Positions 12,330 to 23,069 of a DNA stretch of 64,000 nucleotides are shown piece by piece (the stretch's first letter is position 1; every line of letters begins with the position of its first letter). The DNA is from Macrostomum lignano. Lineage: Eukaryota. The notes under the pieces were generated by a model. The model was not told the DNA's origin, searched no databases, and saw only the letters and a program-made list of their open reading frames with translations. The stretch covers positions 58,842 to 122,841 of the forward strand of contig NIVC01001454.1 of assembly GCA_002269645.1 (NCBI GenBank), written 5' to 3'. Position numbers and translations under genes: made by a program.

Positions 12330-13299
12330 ACTCACAGCCTTGCAGACATTGACTGACGCCTTGCTATACTTCAGCACCAGGCCAGTCTGGAGCAGTGTAA
12401 AGCAGATGCTCAGCGAATACTGGCTAATCTGGCCGGCCGACTAGGACACGCTTTCAGAGCACCCGCCGACAATGTCCATGAGCGTGTCCACGATCATCAA
12501 CGCCTCGTCGGTGACCTTCAGCGCGCCGAAAATACCGCAGGCGATTCGCAGGAAAAATGAAATCGAATGAGACTCCTCGGGAGGCAGCTCGGCGCAGGAT
12601 GCGACCGGAACTGCCCGACCACTGCGTCTGCGGCGCTACGACTCGCTTCCGGTCGGCTCCGAAACGTCGGCTGAAGCAGCAGCTGGGTTCTGAAATACAT
12701 TTTCAATTCTAAGCTCTTCAGTGTCTGACGAGGACAGCAAATTCTATGTGCCAGCGTCATAAAACTGTCAAGCTTCGTCAGGGACACCAGTCAATTTCAA
12801 GCCATCCGCCAACACCGAGTGCGTGAGATCCCCGTTCCCCAGGTACGCCCGACTTTGCTCCTGGATGGTGGGATCCCAGCTCCCCAGGTACTCGTACGCC
12901 CGACTTTTTGACCGTCTTTTGACGCCTTGATCAGTTCATTTGCACTGCTACCCCTGGTAGAATTTTTGTTAGCTACTCATTGTTTTTCATTTATTTTTCT
13001 ATTTTTTTATTTCGCTTTGGAGGTCTCAGGGCCCATTTGCATACAGTTTACATTTATGCTCTCTTTAGCCATCCGTCTGCAGCCCTTAAAGCCTGTGACT
13101 CATTTTTAATTTACATTCAGTGCTCACGGCTTTACGCGTACACTGGGTTTCAATATTCTCTGCCTCTCAACATTTCTGCATTTATTAACGTCCGGCTTTT
13201 ACTACATGTCAGTTGTTACTAGTACCAGCAAGCTGTACTTTTAATTTTGGCTGTACTTTTTACCGTGTCCGCGCTTCTGCGAAAAAAGGTGCACCAAAC

Positions 13300-13690
13300 T
13301 CGCCCCTCTTTTCCCTCTCCGTCTCTTTCCCCCTCTCTCTCCTCTCTCACCCTCTTTCTCTGCCCTCTATCTCTCCCCTCTGTCTCTCCCTCTCCCTTCT
13401 CTCTCTCCGTCTCTCTCCCCTCACCTTCCCTCTCTTTCTCCCTCCCTCTCCGTCTCTTTCCCCCCTCTCTCTCTCCTCTCTCTCCCTCTATCTCTCCCCT
13501 CTGTCTCTCCTCTCTCCCTCCTCTCTCTCCGTCTCTCTCTACTCTCTCTCCCCTTACCTTCCCTCTATCTCTACTCTCTCTCCCCTCTGTCTCCCCTCTG
13601 TCTTTCCCTCCCTCTCTCTCCTCTCTCTCCCCCATCTCTCTCCTTCCCTCTTTTTCCCTCTCGCTCTCCCTCTCGCCCTATCCCTATCTC
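13300..13690. repeat. CT-rich low-complexity tract in an otopetrin intron
   Basis: Almost pure polypyrimidine on the plus strand. Confidence 0.9.
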
Positions 13691-14289
13691 TGGATTAAAG
13701 TCACCCCAGTTTGGTCCTGAACAGCCTCACAGTGGTGCGGCGTCAACAGCAGAGGTGGCTGTCTTGCAATCCAACCGAAGAACGCAACTAAGAAAACGAT
13801 GGCAATCCCGTACAATCCGATGTAGAAACCTGCCAGGGCCCATCTCGGGAACGGGCTGGAGCTCGACTGTGGCAACATGAAACCAACAACTGTCATAGCG
13901 ATTGAGTATAGCAGAGAAACAGTTGGAATGAAGCTGTTGCTATGCATCACCGCATTAGTAGTATAATGGTAGACAGAGAAATAAAAGTTAGTTAAGTTAC
14001 GATAAAGTTTATAAAAGGCTTAAAATAGGATCTAATTAAATATTTATATCCTTGATACTTTATATCTATATTGTCTACTGTAAGTTTGCCTCGCTCACAG
14101 CTTGAATCTTGTAAAGTGAGGAGTACACAATTGTTCTACATTGTGTTGAATAGAGTATTGCGAGTACTTGCACTGTATTTAGCTGAATGGACAATACGAA
14201 CCTGAGTTTTGGAGTGAGAAGTGTAAGCCGAAAGATGTTAAACTGATAACTATTTCATTTAAATGATATTTTATCGCAAAATAGTGTTG

Positions 14290-15245
14290 TATTGTGGCGC
14301 TAAATTGTGTGCTATTGTGGCGCTAAATTGTGTGCTATTGTGGCGCTAAATTGTGTGATATTGTGGCGCTAAATTGTGTGATATTGTGGCGCTAAAATTT
14401 GTAATATTGTGGCGCTAAATTGTGTGATATTGTGGCGCTAAATTGTGTAATATTGTGGCGCTAAATTGTGTAATATTGTGGCGCTAAATTTTGTAATATT
14501 GTGGCGCTAAAATTTGTAATATTGTGGCGCTAAATTGTGTGATATTGTGGCGCTAAAATGTGTAATATTGTGACGCTAAATAGTCAAATATTGTGGCGCT
14601 AAACCGTGAAATATTGTAGCGCTAAATTGTGCAATATTGTGACGCTAAATCGTGAAATATTGTGGCGCTAAACCGTGAAATATTTTGCCACTAAATTGTG
14701 TGATATTGTGGCGCTAAATTGTGAAATATTGTAGCGCTAAATTGTGTGATATTGTAGCGCTAAATTGTGTAATATTGTAGCGCTAAATTGTGCAATATTG
14801 TGACGCTAAATCGTGAAATATTGTGGCGCTAAACCGTGAAATATTTTGGCGCTAAATTGTGTGATATTGTAGCGCTAAATTGTGTAATATTGTAGCGCTA
14901 AATTGTGCAATATTGTGACGCTAAATCGTGAAATATTGTGGCGCTAAACCGTGAAATATTTTGGCGCTAAATTGTGTGATATTGTGGCGCTAAATTGTGT
15001 AATATTGTAGCGCTAAATTGTGCAATATTGTGACGCTAAATCGTGAAATATTGTGGCGCTAAATCGTGAAATATTGTAGCGCTAAATTGTGTGATATTGT
15101 AGCGCTAAATTGTGTAATATTGTGGCGCTAAATCGTGAAATATTGGGGCGCTAAATTGTGTGATAATGTGGCGCTAAATTGTGTGACATTGTTGCGCTAA
15201 ATCGTGTGATATTGTGGCGCTAAATTGTGTGAAATTGCGGAGCCA
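14290..15245. repeat. 23-bp minisatellite (TATTGTGGCGCTAAATTGTGTGA)
   Basis: Unit recurs at 14,290, 14,313, ... with higher-order variants. Confidence 0.95.
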
Positions 15246-15786
15246 AAATTTTAGTGATAGTGTGCAGCAATAGTTTAAAATGATCCTTTTTGTTTTACAG
15301 AAAGAATTTTGTTTTACTGACGTAACTGGTATTTAAAGTATCTATGGATAAAATCATAAATACCTTGAATGAACAGAATCAAAGAGTTAACACGATAATA
15401 AAATACGGATGCAGTTGACCGGGTCACCGAAAAATTCGGTTTTATAATTCATAGCTTATTGACTGTGTAACGAAATGTGTAATAGAATGATAGAATGATA
15501 AAATAGATCCATAAATATTAGAGGACATGTACGTAGAAAATTAAAATACAATTACTAGAATCCTAATTTTACGAACAAAAAAATTTTATGAATATCAATA
15601 GTCAATAAATCGATTAGACAGGCGAGACATCAAAAGATCAACATTGGTTTACCTCCTATCAAAAGCATTAAACTATTTTTGTGCTGAAAAAATGAAAAAT
15701 GAAAGTGTTTTTTAGTAAAAAAATTCCTCCTAAAATTTTCCAATACATTCTAAACCTAGTCTACTTGAGTAGCTCTTGTAAGGCAA

Positions 15787-17330
15787 GGAGACTCAGGTGC
15801 AGTGTGGGATGAAGACAGGAGACTCAGGTGCAGTGTGGGATGAAGACAGGAGACTCAGGTGCAGTGTGGGATGAAGACAGGAGACTCAGGTGCAGTGTGG
15901 GATGAAGACAGGAGACTCGGTGCAGTGTGGGATGAAGACAGGAGACTCAGGTGCAGTGTGGGATGAAGACAGGAGATGCAGGTGCAGTGTGAGATGAAGA
16001 CAGGAGACTCAGGTGCAGTGTGGGATGAAGACAGGAGACTCAGGTGCAGTGTGGGATGAAGACAGGAGATGCAGGTGCAGTGTGAGATGAAGACAGGAGA
16101 CTCAGGTGCAGTGTGGGATGAAGACAGGAGACTCAGGTGCAGTGTGGGATGAAGACAGGAGATGCAGGTGCAGTGTGAGATGAAGACAGGAGACTCAGGT
16201 GCAGTGTGGGATGAAGACAGGAGACTCAGGTGCAGTGTGGGATGAAGACAGGAGATGCAGGTGCAGTGTGAGATGAAGACAGGAGACTCAGGTGCAGTGT
16301 GGGATGAAGACAGGAGATGCAGGTGCAGTGTGAGATAGAGACAGACAGGAGATGCAGGTGCAGTGTGAGATGAAGACAGGAGACTCAGGTGCAGTGTGGG
16401 ATGAAGACAGGAGACTCAGGTGCAGTGTGGGATGAAGACAGGAGATGCAGGTGCAGTGTGAGATAGAGACAGACAGGAGATGCAGGTGCAGTGTGAGATA
16501 GAGACAGACAGGAGATGCAGATGCAGTGTGAGATCGAGACAGGAGATGCAGGTGCAGTGTGAGATAGAGACAGGAGATGCAGGTGCAGTGTGAGATAGAG
16601 ACAGGAGATGCAGGTGCAGTGTGGGATAGAGACAGGAGATGCAGGTGCAGTGTGAGATAGAGACAGGAGATGCAGGTGCAGTGTGGGATAGAGACAGGAG
16701 ATGCAGATGCAGTGTGAGATAGAGACAGGAGATGCAGATGCAGTGTGGGATAGAGACAGGAGATGCAGGTGCAGTGTGAGATCGAGACAGGAGATGCAGG
16801 TGCAGTGTGAGATCGAGACAGGAGATGCAGGTGCAGTGTGGGATAGAGACAGGAGATGCAGGTGCAGTGTGAGATAGAGACAGGAGATGCAGGTGCAGTG
16901 TGGGATAGAGACAGGAGATGCAGGTGCAGTGTGGGATAGAGACAGGAGATGCAGGTGCAGTGTGAGATCGAGACAGGAGATGCAGGTGCAGTGTGGGATA
17001 GAGACAGGAGATGCAGGTGCAGTGTGAGATAGAGACAGGAGATGCAGGTGCAGTGTGGGATAGAGACAGGAGATGCAGGTGCAGTGTGGGATAGAGACAG
17101 GAGATGCAGGTGCAGTGTGAGATCGAGACAGGAGATGCAGGTGCAGTGTGGGATAGAGACAGGAGATGCAGGTGCAGTGTGAGATAGAGACAGGAGATGC
17201 AGGTGCAGTGTGGGATAGAGACAGGAGATGCAGGTGCAGTGTGGGATAGAGACAGGAGATGCAGGTGCAGTGTGGGATAGAGACAGGAGATGCAGGTGCA
17301 GTGTGAAATGAAGACAGGAGAGATGCAGAT
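15787..17330. repeat. 31-bp minisatellite (GAGACTCAGGTGCAGTGTGGGATGAAGACAG grading to GAGATGCAGGTGCAGTGTGAGATAGAGACAG)
   Basis: Unit recurs at 15,791, 15,822, ...; one variant replaces the other along the array; ends ~35 bp from the TRP stop codon. Confidence 0.95.
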
Positions 17331-17363
17331 GCAGTGGTGCTGCTGGCGGTCCTTCAGGCTCCC

Positions 17364-19106
17364 TCAGTCCTGGACAAAGCGCAGCACCAGTGCTCCTTCA
17401 GGCTTGCTCTGCACCGTTGTCTGCCTTCGACACTGGCTCAGCTTTCGTCGTGGCAGGCTGCACAGTCCGGCGAACACTTTGCTGTAGATCGCCAGCATCT
17501 GCAGCTGCCGCGCCCGCATCAGGTAGTCGGTGTTGGGCGACACAACCGACAGTCGGTCAGACAGAAAAGCGATCAACACGTTGAAGAAGAACAGCACGAG
17601 AACAACCTGAATGAAGACGAGCGCAAGGCCGAGTCGTCTCAGAGAGTCGGCTAAGAAGCCCTCTCCGAGGATCACAGCTCGGTAGAATCCCAGCCAGAGA
17701 CCAGTCGGCATCACATTGAAAGATAGCTGGAAAATTGGCTCGCACGGAATCATTGCTGCGAACATCCAGGAGGCGTTGGCAAGCATCAGGCTGACCAGGA
17801 CGAACAGCCAGCAGAGCATGTCCATCAGGCACCACAATTGGAAGAACATCCGATCTAGCAGGCCAAGTTCGAAGAACACTGCAACCAGACCTAGCAGCAT
17901 GCCAATGAGGAACATGGCATCAAGCACACCCATCAGACTGTTGGGCAGTTGATGAAACTGACCGGTGCAAAACGTATTCGCTTGGATAGAGAGAGTAAAA
18001 GCAAAAGAAACTGGCCACAATGGAATCAATAGAGCTGGCGAGAACCATTTGAAATCGGACAGGAACGTCTGCAAGAGTCGGACAATCGTACTTTTGTTCG
18101 TTGATGCAGCAACTTTCAGGATGTGAAATCTGGCAACAACAATGGCTATTTTACGAATTGAGAAAACGGCACACAAAGTATAAACAAAAATTTCCAGCAC
18201 TGCAACTCCGCTGTCATTTTCCGAGTCACCGATGCTGTGTAACAGATCGTTAAACTCGCAGCTGGTATTGCATTCCGTCCCGGATTTCACTTTGCGGTAA
18301 AATGTTGGCGCAGCGATAATTCCGATACCGCACAGCAGCGCAATGCAAAACACGGCGTTTATCCACAGCAGCTTTTTGTTCCGCGACAGAGTCTCAGCCG
18401 ACCAGCACGCGATGACGTCGGAGTCCCAGAAGCGCTTCATCGAGTCGTCCAGCGGCTCCGCGTCCCGCGTCATGTCGGTCAGCATCGTCAGCGGACTCGT
18501 GTCCCGCCTGTCGCCCCTCGGGAAGCTGTACTCGCTGAGGTCCACACAGCGCAGTCTCACTGCTCCTGCATCAATCAGGCTGCTGCAGTACCTGCTGCTG
18601 CAGTGCAGAATCCAGTGAGCCACTGAGAACTGCCGCCTGTTCACTGCCAGCTCCAGCGCATTCAGTCCCAGCGCTTCCTTGTCCAGCAGCTGGCACAGCT
18701 GCTCAGAGACCTGCTCATCGCTGCTGTGCAACTGCTGCAGAAAGCTCACAGCCTGCTGTTGGAGAGACTCACAATTCACAATCCACAGCTTGACGATGAG
18801 GCAGTGGACTGGGCAGCAGTCAGCATCCTTCATCACTTGCTGGCTTGTCGTCTCGAGCAGGTAGCGGAAGCAGTCGGGAGCCAGGCTGCAGCAGCTCAGC
18901 TCGATGAGAGACGTGTGCTGCGACAGGAGCTGGGCGAATGCGGCTCCGTCAGCGGAGCACGGGATGAAGTCGTGGGCGGCGTGAGGGAAGCTGAGCCGGT
19001 CAGATGCAGAGTCCCTGCTGCTCAGCAGCCTCTTCAGCGATGCCAAATCGTCTTTTTTCAAGATTTTTGAAATCCTGGAGTCACTGGAACCGGACTCTGG
19101 CGCCAT
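17364..19106 (-). CDS. Intronless, divergent TRPV-like cation channel (580 aa)
   Basis: Ankyrin-like GLNALELAVNRRQFSVAHWIL; pre-S1 SPLTMLTD...W; about six hydrophobic segments; pore-like FYRAVILGEG; S6/TRP-helix-like VLFFFNVLIAFLSDRLSVVSPNTDYLMRARQLQML (cf. TRPV5/6 LLMLNLLIAMMGDT...RDELWRAQ). Confidence 0.8.
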   Translation of the reverse strand: MAPESGSSDSRISKILKKDDLASLKRLLSSRDSASDRLSFPHAAHDFIPCSADGAAFAQLLSQHTSLIELSCCSLAPDCFRYLLETTSQQVMKDADCCPVHCLIVKLWIVNCESLQQQAVSFLQQLHSSDEQVSEQLCQLLDKEALGLNALELAVNRRQFSVAHWILHCSSRYCSSLIDAGAVRLRCVDLSEYSFPRGDRRDTSPLTMLTDMTRDAEPLDDSMKRFWDSDVIACWSAETLSRNKKLLWINAVFCIALLCGIGIIAAPTFYRKVKSGTECNTSCEFNDLLHSIGDSENDSGVAVLEIFVYTLCAVFSIRKIAIVVARFHILKVAASTNKSTIVRLLQTFLSDFKWFSPALLIPLWPVSFAFTLSIQANTFCTGQFHQLPNSLMGVLDAMFLIGMLLGLVAVFFELGLLDRMFFQLWCLMDMLCWLFVLVSLMLANASWMFAAMIPCEPIFQLSFNVMPTGLWLGFYRAVILGEGFLADSLRRLGLALVFIQVVLVLFFFNVLIAFLSDRLSVVSPNTDYLMRARQLQMLAIYSKVFAGLCSLPRRKLSQCRRQTTVQSKPEGALVLRFVQD

Positions 19107-19649
19107 TGTCTCTGCTGATGGAGTTCCGTCGGGTCAAATAGGAGTGGAGTATAGCCGTGGATTGGTGACAGACTAGTGCAGCTTCATCAATAAATAAGAT
19201 GAGACACTGACTGACATCCGTAACTGTTAGACCTCAGTATTGATTTTGTCTCCCAATGTAAACGAAAAATTAACGCAGAATTGTTTGACTTATCATTACA
19301 GTTTTTAGTAGCCATGCAGGTTTTCTATTTGCTGTGCAAGCACACTGCAATTAAACAGCTTGATCTGATAATGTAAATTTTAGTATTTCAGTGTGTGATT
19401 GACAGTCAATTAAAACCTTATTTACCCAAGGTTTGCGAGCAAACAAATGCAGACAGCTCAGGCTGGATGACCATAAAATCATTAGCAAATTAATTTTACT
19501 CAGAATGCTGCTTTATTGGATTTATCAGTTTGTCACTACATTAATCTGTAATTAATCATTTAATCTGTCTATGGCCAGAATGCATCGAAACACTTGCGAA
19601 CTTACAACCGTGTATAAGAAAGGTATGAGAGAAAGACTACTGCTGATTA

Positions 19650-19940
19650 ATAATAAAAATAATTGATTACACCTGCCCCTATTGGGCCAGATGTGCAACC
19701 GACAGCTCAGCCGCAGCTATTGCGTGGTGCATCTGAAGGCTGCGTACGGCTGTTCAGTCCAAGGACTGGGGGGGGGGTCACCACACACCCTCAATTACCC
19801 CAGCTAATGCTGGTGCACATTTTACAGCTGGGTGAACTGAAGCAATGCAGAGTTAAGTGTCTTGCTTAAGGACACAAATTGTTCGGGAAAGGAACCACCG
19901 ACCTTCAAGACGTGAGTCCGACGCTCTAGCCACTGGGCTA
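19650..19940 (-). mobile_element. tRNA-derived CORE-type SINE
   Basis: Minus strand: A box TAGCCCAGTGG, disrupted B box, CORE-like GTGTCCTTAAGCAAGACACTTAAC and CCCAGCTGTAAAATG, A/T-rich tail. Confidence 0.75.
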
Positions 19941-20657
19941 CAACCCCTAGGTTACAGACTAGCCGATATAAATAGTCTATGGCCGAAGCTGTTGATCCTG
20001 TCTGACTTTAACGACTCGCCAGCAGCCATCGAAACCAGTCCATGGCTTTCACCCAAGAAAATGGACATTGCCATTGGAAGTATTGAGCTGGCAGATAGCG
20101 GATTAATTCTTATATTTGTTGCTAAGAAAGCTACACGATCTGACTTCTGATCTGAAGTTTCTTTCACAGATTTGACAAGATTTTGCGAAAAGTATTTCAA
20201 GTTGTCGCCTGATATATGGCGAACTTTTGGCCTGCCAATTTTTAAAACACGCACAGGTTTTGCCTCGCATGCTGAATGGTAAAAATATAATAGCAACGAA
20301 TAAGCTTGCTTCTGAAAAGTCACTGTGAAAATGGAATAATGTTTTAAATCATTCTGATAGTTTAAACTGCTTTATAGATTACCTTGAAAAATCACTATCT
20401 GTAAGGTAATCAACTATCCCTGTAACGAAAATTACACTAAAAAATTCATGAAATTTAAAGTACTTTTTAAGCGACTTCAAATTCAGCAAATGAGTGATTT
20501 CATCTCAACTAATTCAAAGCATAATATACTACTAAACTAATTTCAAACTTTATAGTAGTCAAATTAGCATTTTCGAGTACAATAATGACACGTGTAGACG
20601 CAGAAACGCGTACTGCACGGTTCAGAATATCAATTTGATGGGGAATCTGGGTCAGGC

Positions 20658-20697
20658 CCAATGACAGCTTTTTCCTCTGTGAAAGCTGCTATAAAAA
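20658..20697 (+). promoter_or_regulatory. CCAAT and TATA boxes of precursor gene A
   Basis: CCAAT at 20658-20662 and TATAAAAA at 20690-20697, ~90 bp upstream of the ATG; AATAAA at 21151, 21165 and 21175 downstream of the stop. Confidence 0.6.
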
Positions 20698-20782
20698 CTG
20701 CGGAGAACTGCATGTGCTCACAGCTAGAAATATAAACCTTAACCACTGACAAGAACTCCGCCGCATCGCCACAGAACATATC

Positions 20783-21070
20783 ATGCCTGTCTACTCACGA
20801 AAGACCGCCATTGTATCGCGCGTTGTCATGGTAGCGGCATTCATTAGTTGCCTGTTTGTCCTAATTGCAACAACACAAACGGCGGAAGCTGCCATTGTCC
20901 GAGCAACCGAAGACTCCTATGCCGACCTCTTGGACGCCGGCGCTGGAGGATTCGATTTGAGAAGCAAACGCGGTCCCGAACTTATGATGCTGCGCTTGAT
21001 GCAGTGCCGCTGGTACCGCAGTCACAACTGGGTTGCCCCTAAAGAAATGCACTGCTCTAAGCTTATCTAA
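20783..21070 (+). CDS. Secreted prepropeptide A (95 aa): signal, acidic pro-region, KR, 32-aa two-Cys mature peptide
   Basis: Hydrophobic VVMVAAFISCLFVLIA ending AEA; pro-region with EDSY; KR at residues 62-63; mature GPELMMLRLMQCRWYRSHNWVAPKEMHCSKLI; TATA box, poly(A) signals and a diverged paralogue at 35,015. Confidence 0.85.
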   Translation: MPVYSRKTAIVSRVVMVAAFISCLFVLIATTQTAEAAIVRATEDSYADLLDAGAGGFDLRSKRGPELMMLRLMQCRWYRSHNWVAPKEMHCSKLI

Positions 21071-21284
21071 CTGAATCTAATTGTGGAACTCATGGCTTGT
21101 GAAACCGATTCTAAAATCGTGCGTTAATTTCTGGCGATCTATGATTAGCAAATAAATCGAGAAAAATAAAAACTAATAAACCCGACATCAAATAGTTCAG
21201 AAAATAGTGAATTATAACTGAGAAATGTTTTTTGTGACTTTGTTTCTTATCATTCATATATTATATCTTAGCGAGTGGGTTCAC

Positions 21285-22200
21285 GAGTGATTTAATGAAT
21301 GAGTTCATTAGTGTTTTCATGAGTGAGTTCATGAGTGATTTAATGAATGAGTTCATGAGTGATTTAATGAATGGGTTCATGAGAGATTTAATGAATGGGT
21401 TCATGAGTGATTTCATGAGTGAGTTCATGAGTGATTTAATGAGTGACTTCATGAGTGATTTTATGAGTGAGTTCATGAGTGATTTAATGAATGAGTTCAT
21501 GAGTGATTTCATGAATGGGTTCATGAGAGATTTAATGAATGGGTTCATGAGTGATTTCATGAGTGAGTTCATGAGTGATTTAATGAGTGAGTTCATGAGT
21601 GAGTTCATGAGTGAGTTCATGAGAGATTTAATGAATGGGTTCATAAGTGATTTCATGAGTGAGTTCATGAGTGAGTTCATGAGAGATTTAATGAATGAGT
21701 TCATGAGAGATTTAATGAATGGGTTCATAAGTGATTTCATGAGTGAGTTCATGAGAGATTTAATGAATGAGTTCATAAGTGATTTAATGAATGAGTTCAT
21801 GAGTGATTTAATGAATGAGTTCATAAGTGGTTTAATGAATGAGTTCATGAGAGATTTAATGAATGGGTTCATAAGTGATTTCATGAGTGAGTTCATGAGT
21901 GAGTTCATGAGTGATTTAATGAGTGAGTTCATGAGTGAGTTCATGAGTGAGTTCATGAGTGATTTAATGAATGAGTTCATGAGAGATTTAATGAATGGGT
22001 TCATAAGTGATTTCATGAGTGAGTTCATGAGTGAGTTCATGAGTGAGTTCATGAGTGATTTAATGAGTGAGTTCATGAGTGAGTTCATGAGTGAGTTCAT
22101 GAGTGATTTAATGAATGAGTTCATGAGTGATTTAATGAGTGAGTTCATGAGTGAGTTGATAAGTGACTTAATGAATAAGTTCATGAATTAGTTTATGAGT
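21285..22200. repeat. 12-bp satellite (ATGAGTGAGTTC/ATGAGTGATTTA/ATGAATGRGTTC), copy 1
   Basis: Lies between the poly(A) signals of gene A and the promoter of gene B. Confidence 0.95.
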
Positions 22201-23069
22201 GAGTTGATTAGTGAGTGAGTTGATGAGTGATTTAATGAATGAGTGAGTGAGTGAGTGAGTCCATGAATGCGTTGATGACTGATTGAGTTCATGCGATAGA
22301 TAGATGCGATAGAACATGACACTAAAGCTGAGTGACTGCATGACTGGGCGCGATCGCGTGGGCGAGCACATGGTATTTAGGATGATTGCTAAAATGGAGA
22401 ATTAATTTTTCTGGGTCCTTTGAACTAGAATGGACTGACACAAGTGCATATGCGAGCCTACAAGTGCATAGAAACTGAAGCTTGGCGATGAGCAATGAAG
22501 CAAATATAACACGTGACAATTTTTCTGACACTTGAATGAAAGGTCAGGCATATGCGATTGCTGTCTCATCCAATTTTTTCTGTACCTGTCGTCAAACAGT
22601 TTGATCTTCAGTCAATCAATCAACTGCTCTGAAAATAGACCCTCGATCCTACAGTTTTATGATTATTAACAATTGATAACTTGTCAAAGCTGCGCTAGCG
22701 AAGTCTCTAGAATGACAGAAATGGACTTTTATAATGATGAAATGAAACCTCAGTTTAGCAGCGAAGCCTAAAGAATCGAAAAAGTACATTAAGTTTTTAA
22801 TTCAATCGCATACAAATGAGAGAGAGATAGAAGGACTAAACGACTGCTGCTGACTAGCCGATATGAATAGTCTATGGCCAAAGCTATTGATTCTGTCTGA
22901 CTTTACCGACTAGTCCATGGCTTTCACCCCAGAGCGGTACAGTGCCGCTCGATGGCTCCACTATTTAAGCGAGCATCCAAGAGCGCTAAAAAGACAAAAC
23001 CAACCAGTTAACTCCAAACACCTTTCATTATTCAACAAACAGACCGAGTATTACAGCATAGCAAGCATT

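Larger units (their letters stand above)
6291..13950 (-). pseudogene. OTOP: Otopetrin (proton channel) family gene, disrupted by a retroelement, stops and frameshifts
   Basis: Reconstructed segments: 13950-13705 (SLLYSIAMTVVGF...GFYIGLYGIAIVF); 12689-12336 (SHSISFFLRIACGIFG...FTLLQ); 12182-~11560 (MGFAHLLAANLCDWFQ...ET, APYLLPFTIEYALMAA, KLDC); 6635-6291 (KPGRDSIAALLLGNAALW...PLLIFFRFHSACCFIEIW). These match the otopetrin motifs GSFYLR, HLVATNLCVW, PYLFPxxIEYSL, KPGRE and FYRFHS. In-frame TAG at 12636-12638 and 12441-12443; frameshifts near 12155, 12013 and 11755. The true start exon may lie further upstream. Confidence 0.9.

Noticed and set aside
19880-19940. tRNA gene on the minus strand
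   Set aside because: The A box is present, but the B box is disrupted and the sequence continues into a CORE-SINE body; it is a SINE head.
20972-21067. Resemblance of peptide A (MLR.M..R.YR...W) to melanin-concentrating hormone, and similar length to calcitonin/DH31
   Set aside because: The Cys positions and ring size do not match MCH, the shared residues are only partly kept in paralogue C, and there is no N-terminal ring or Pro-amide as in calcitonins.
22917-23069. 51-aa N-terminal extension of precursor B in the ORF track
   Set aside because: It starts upstream of the TATA-like box at 22,962 and would bury the signal peptide; the ATG at 23,070 is preferred.
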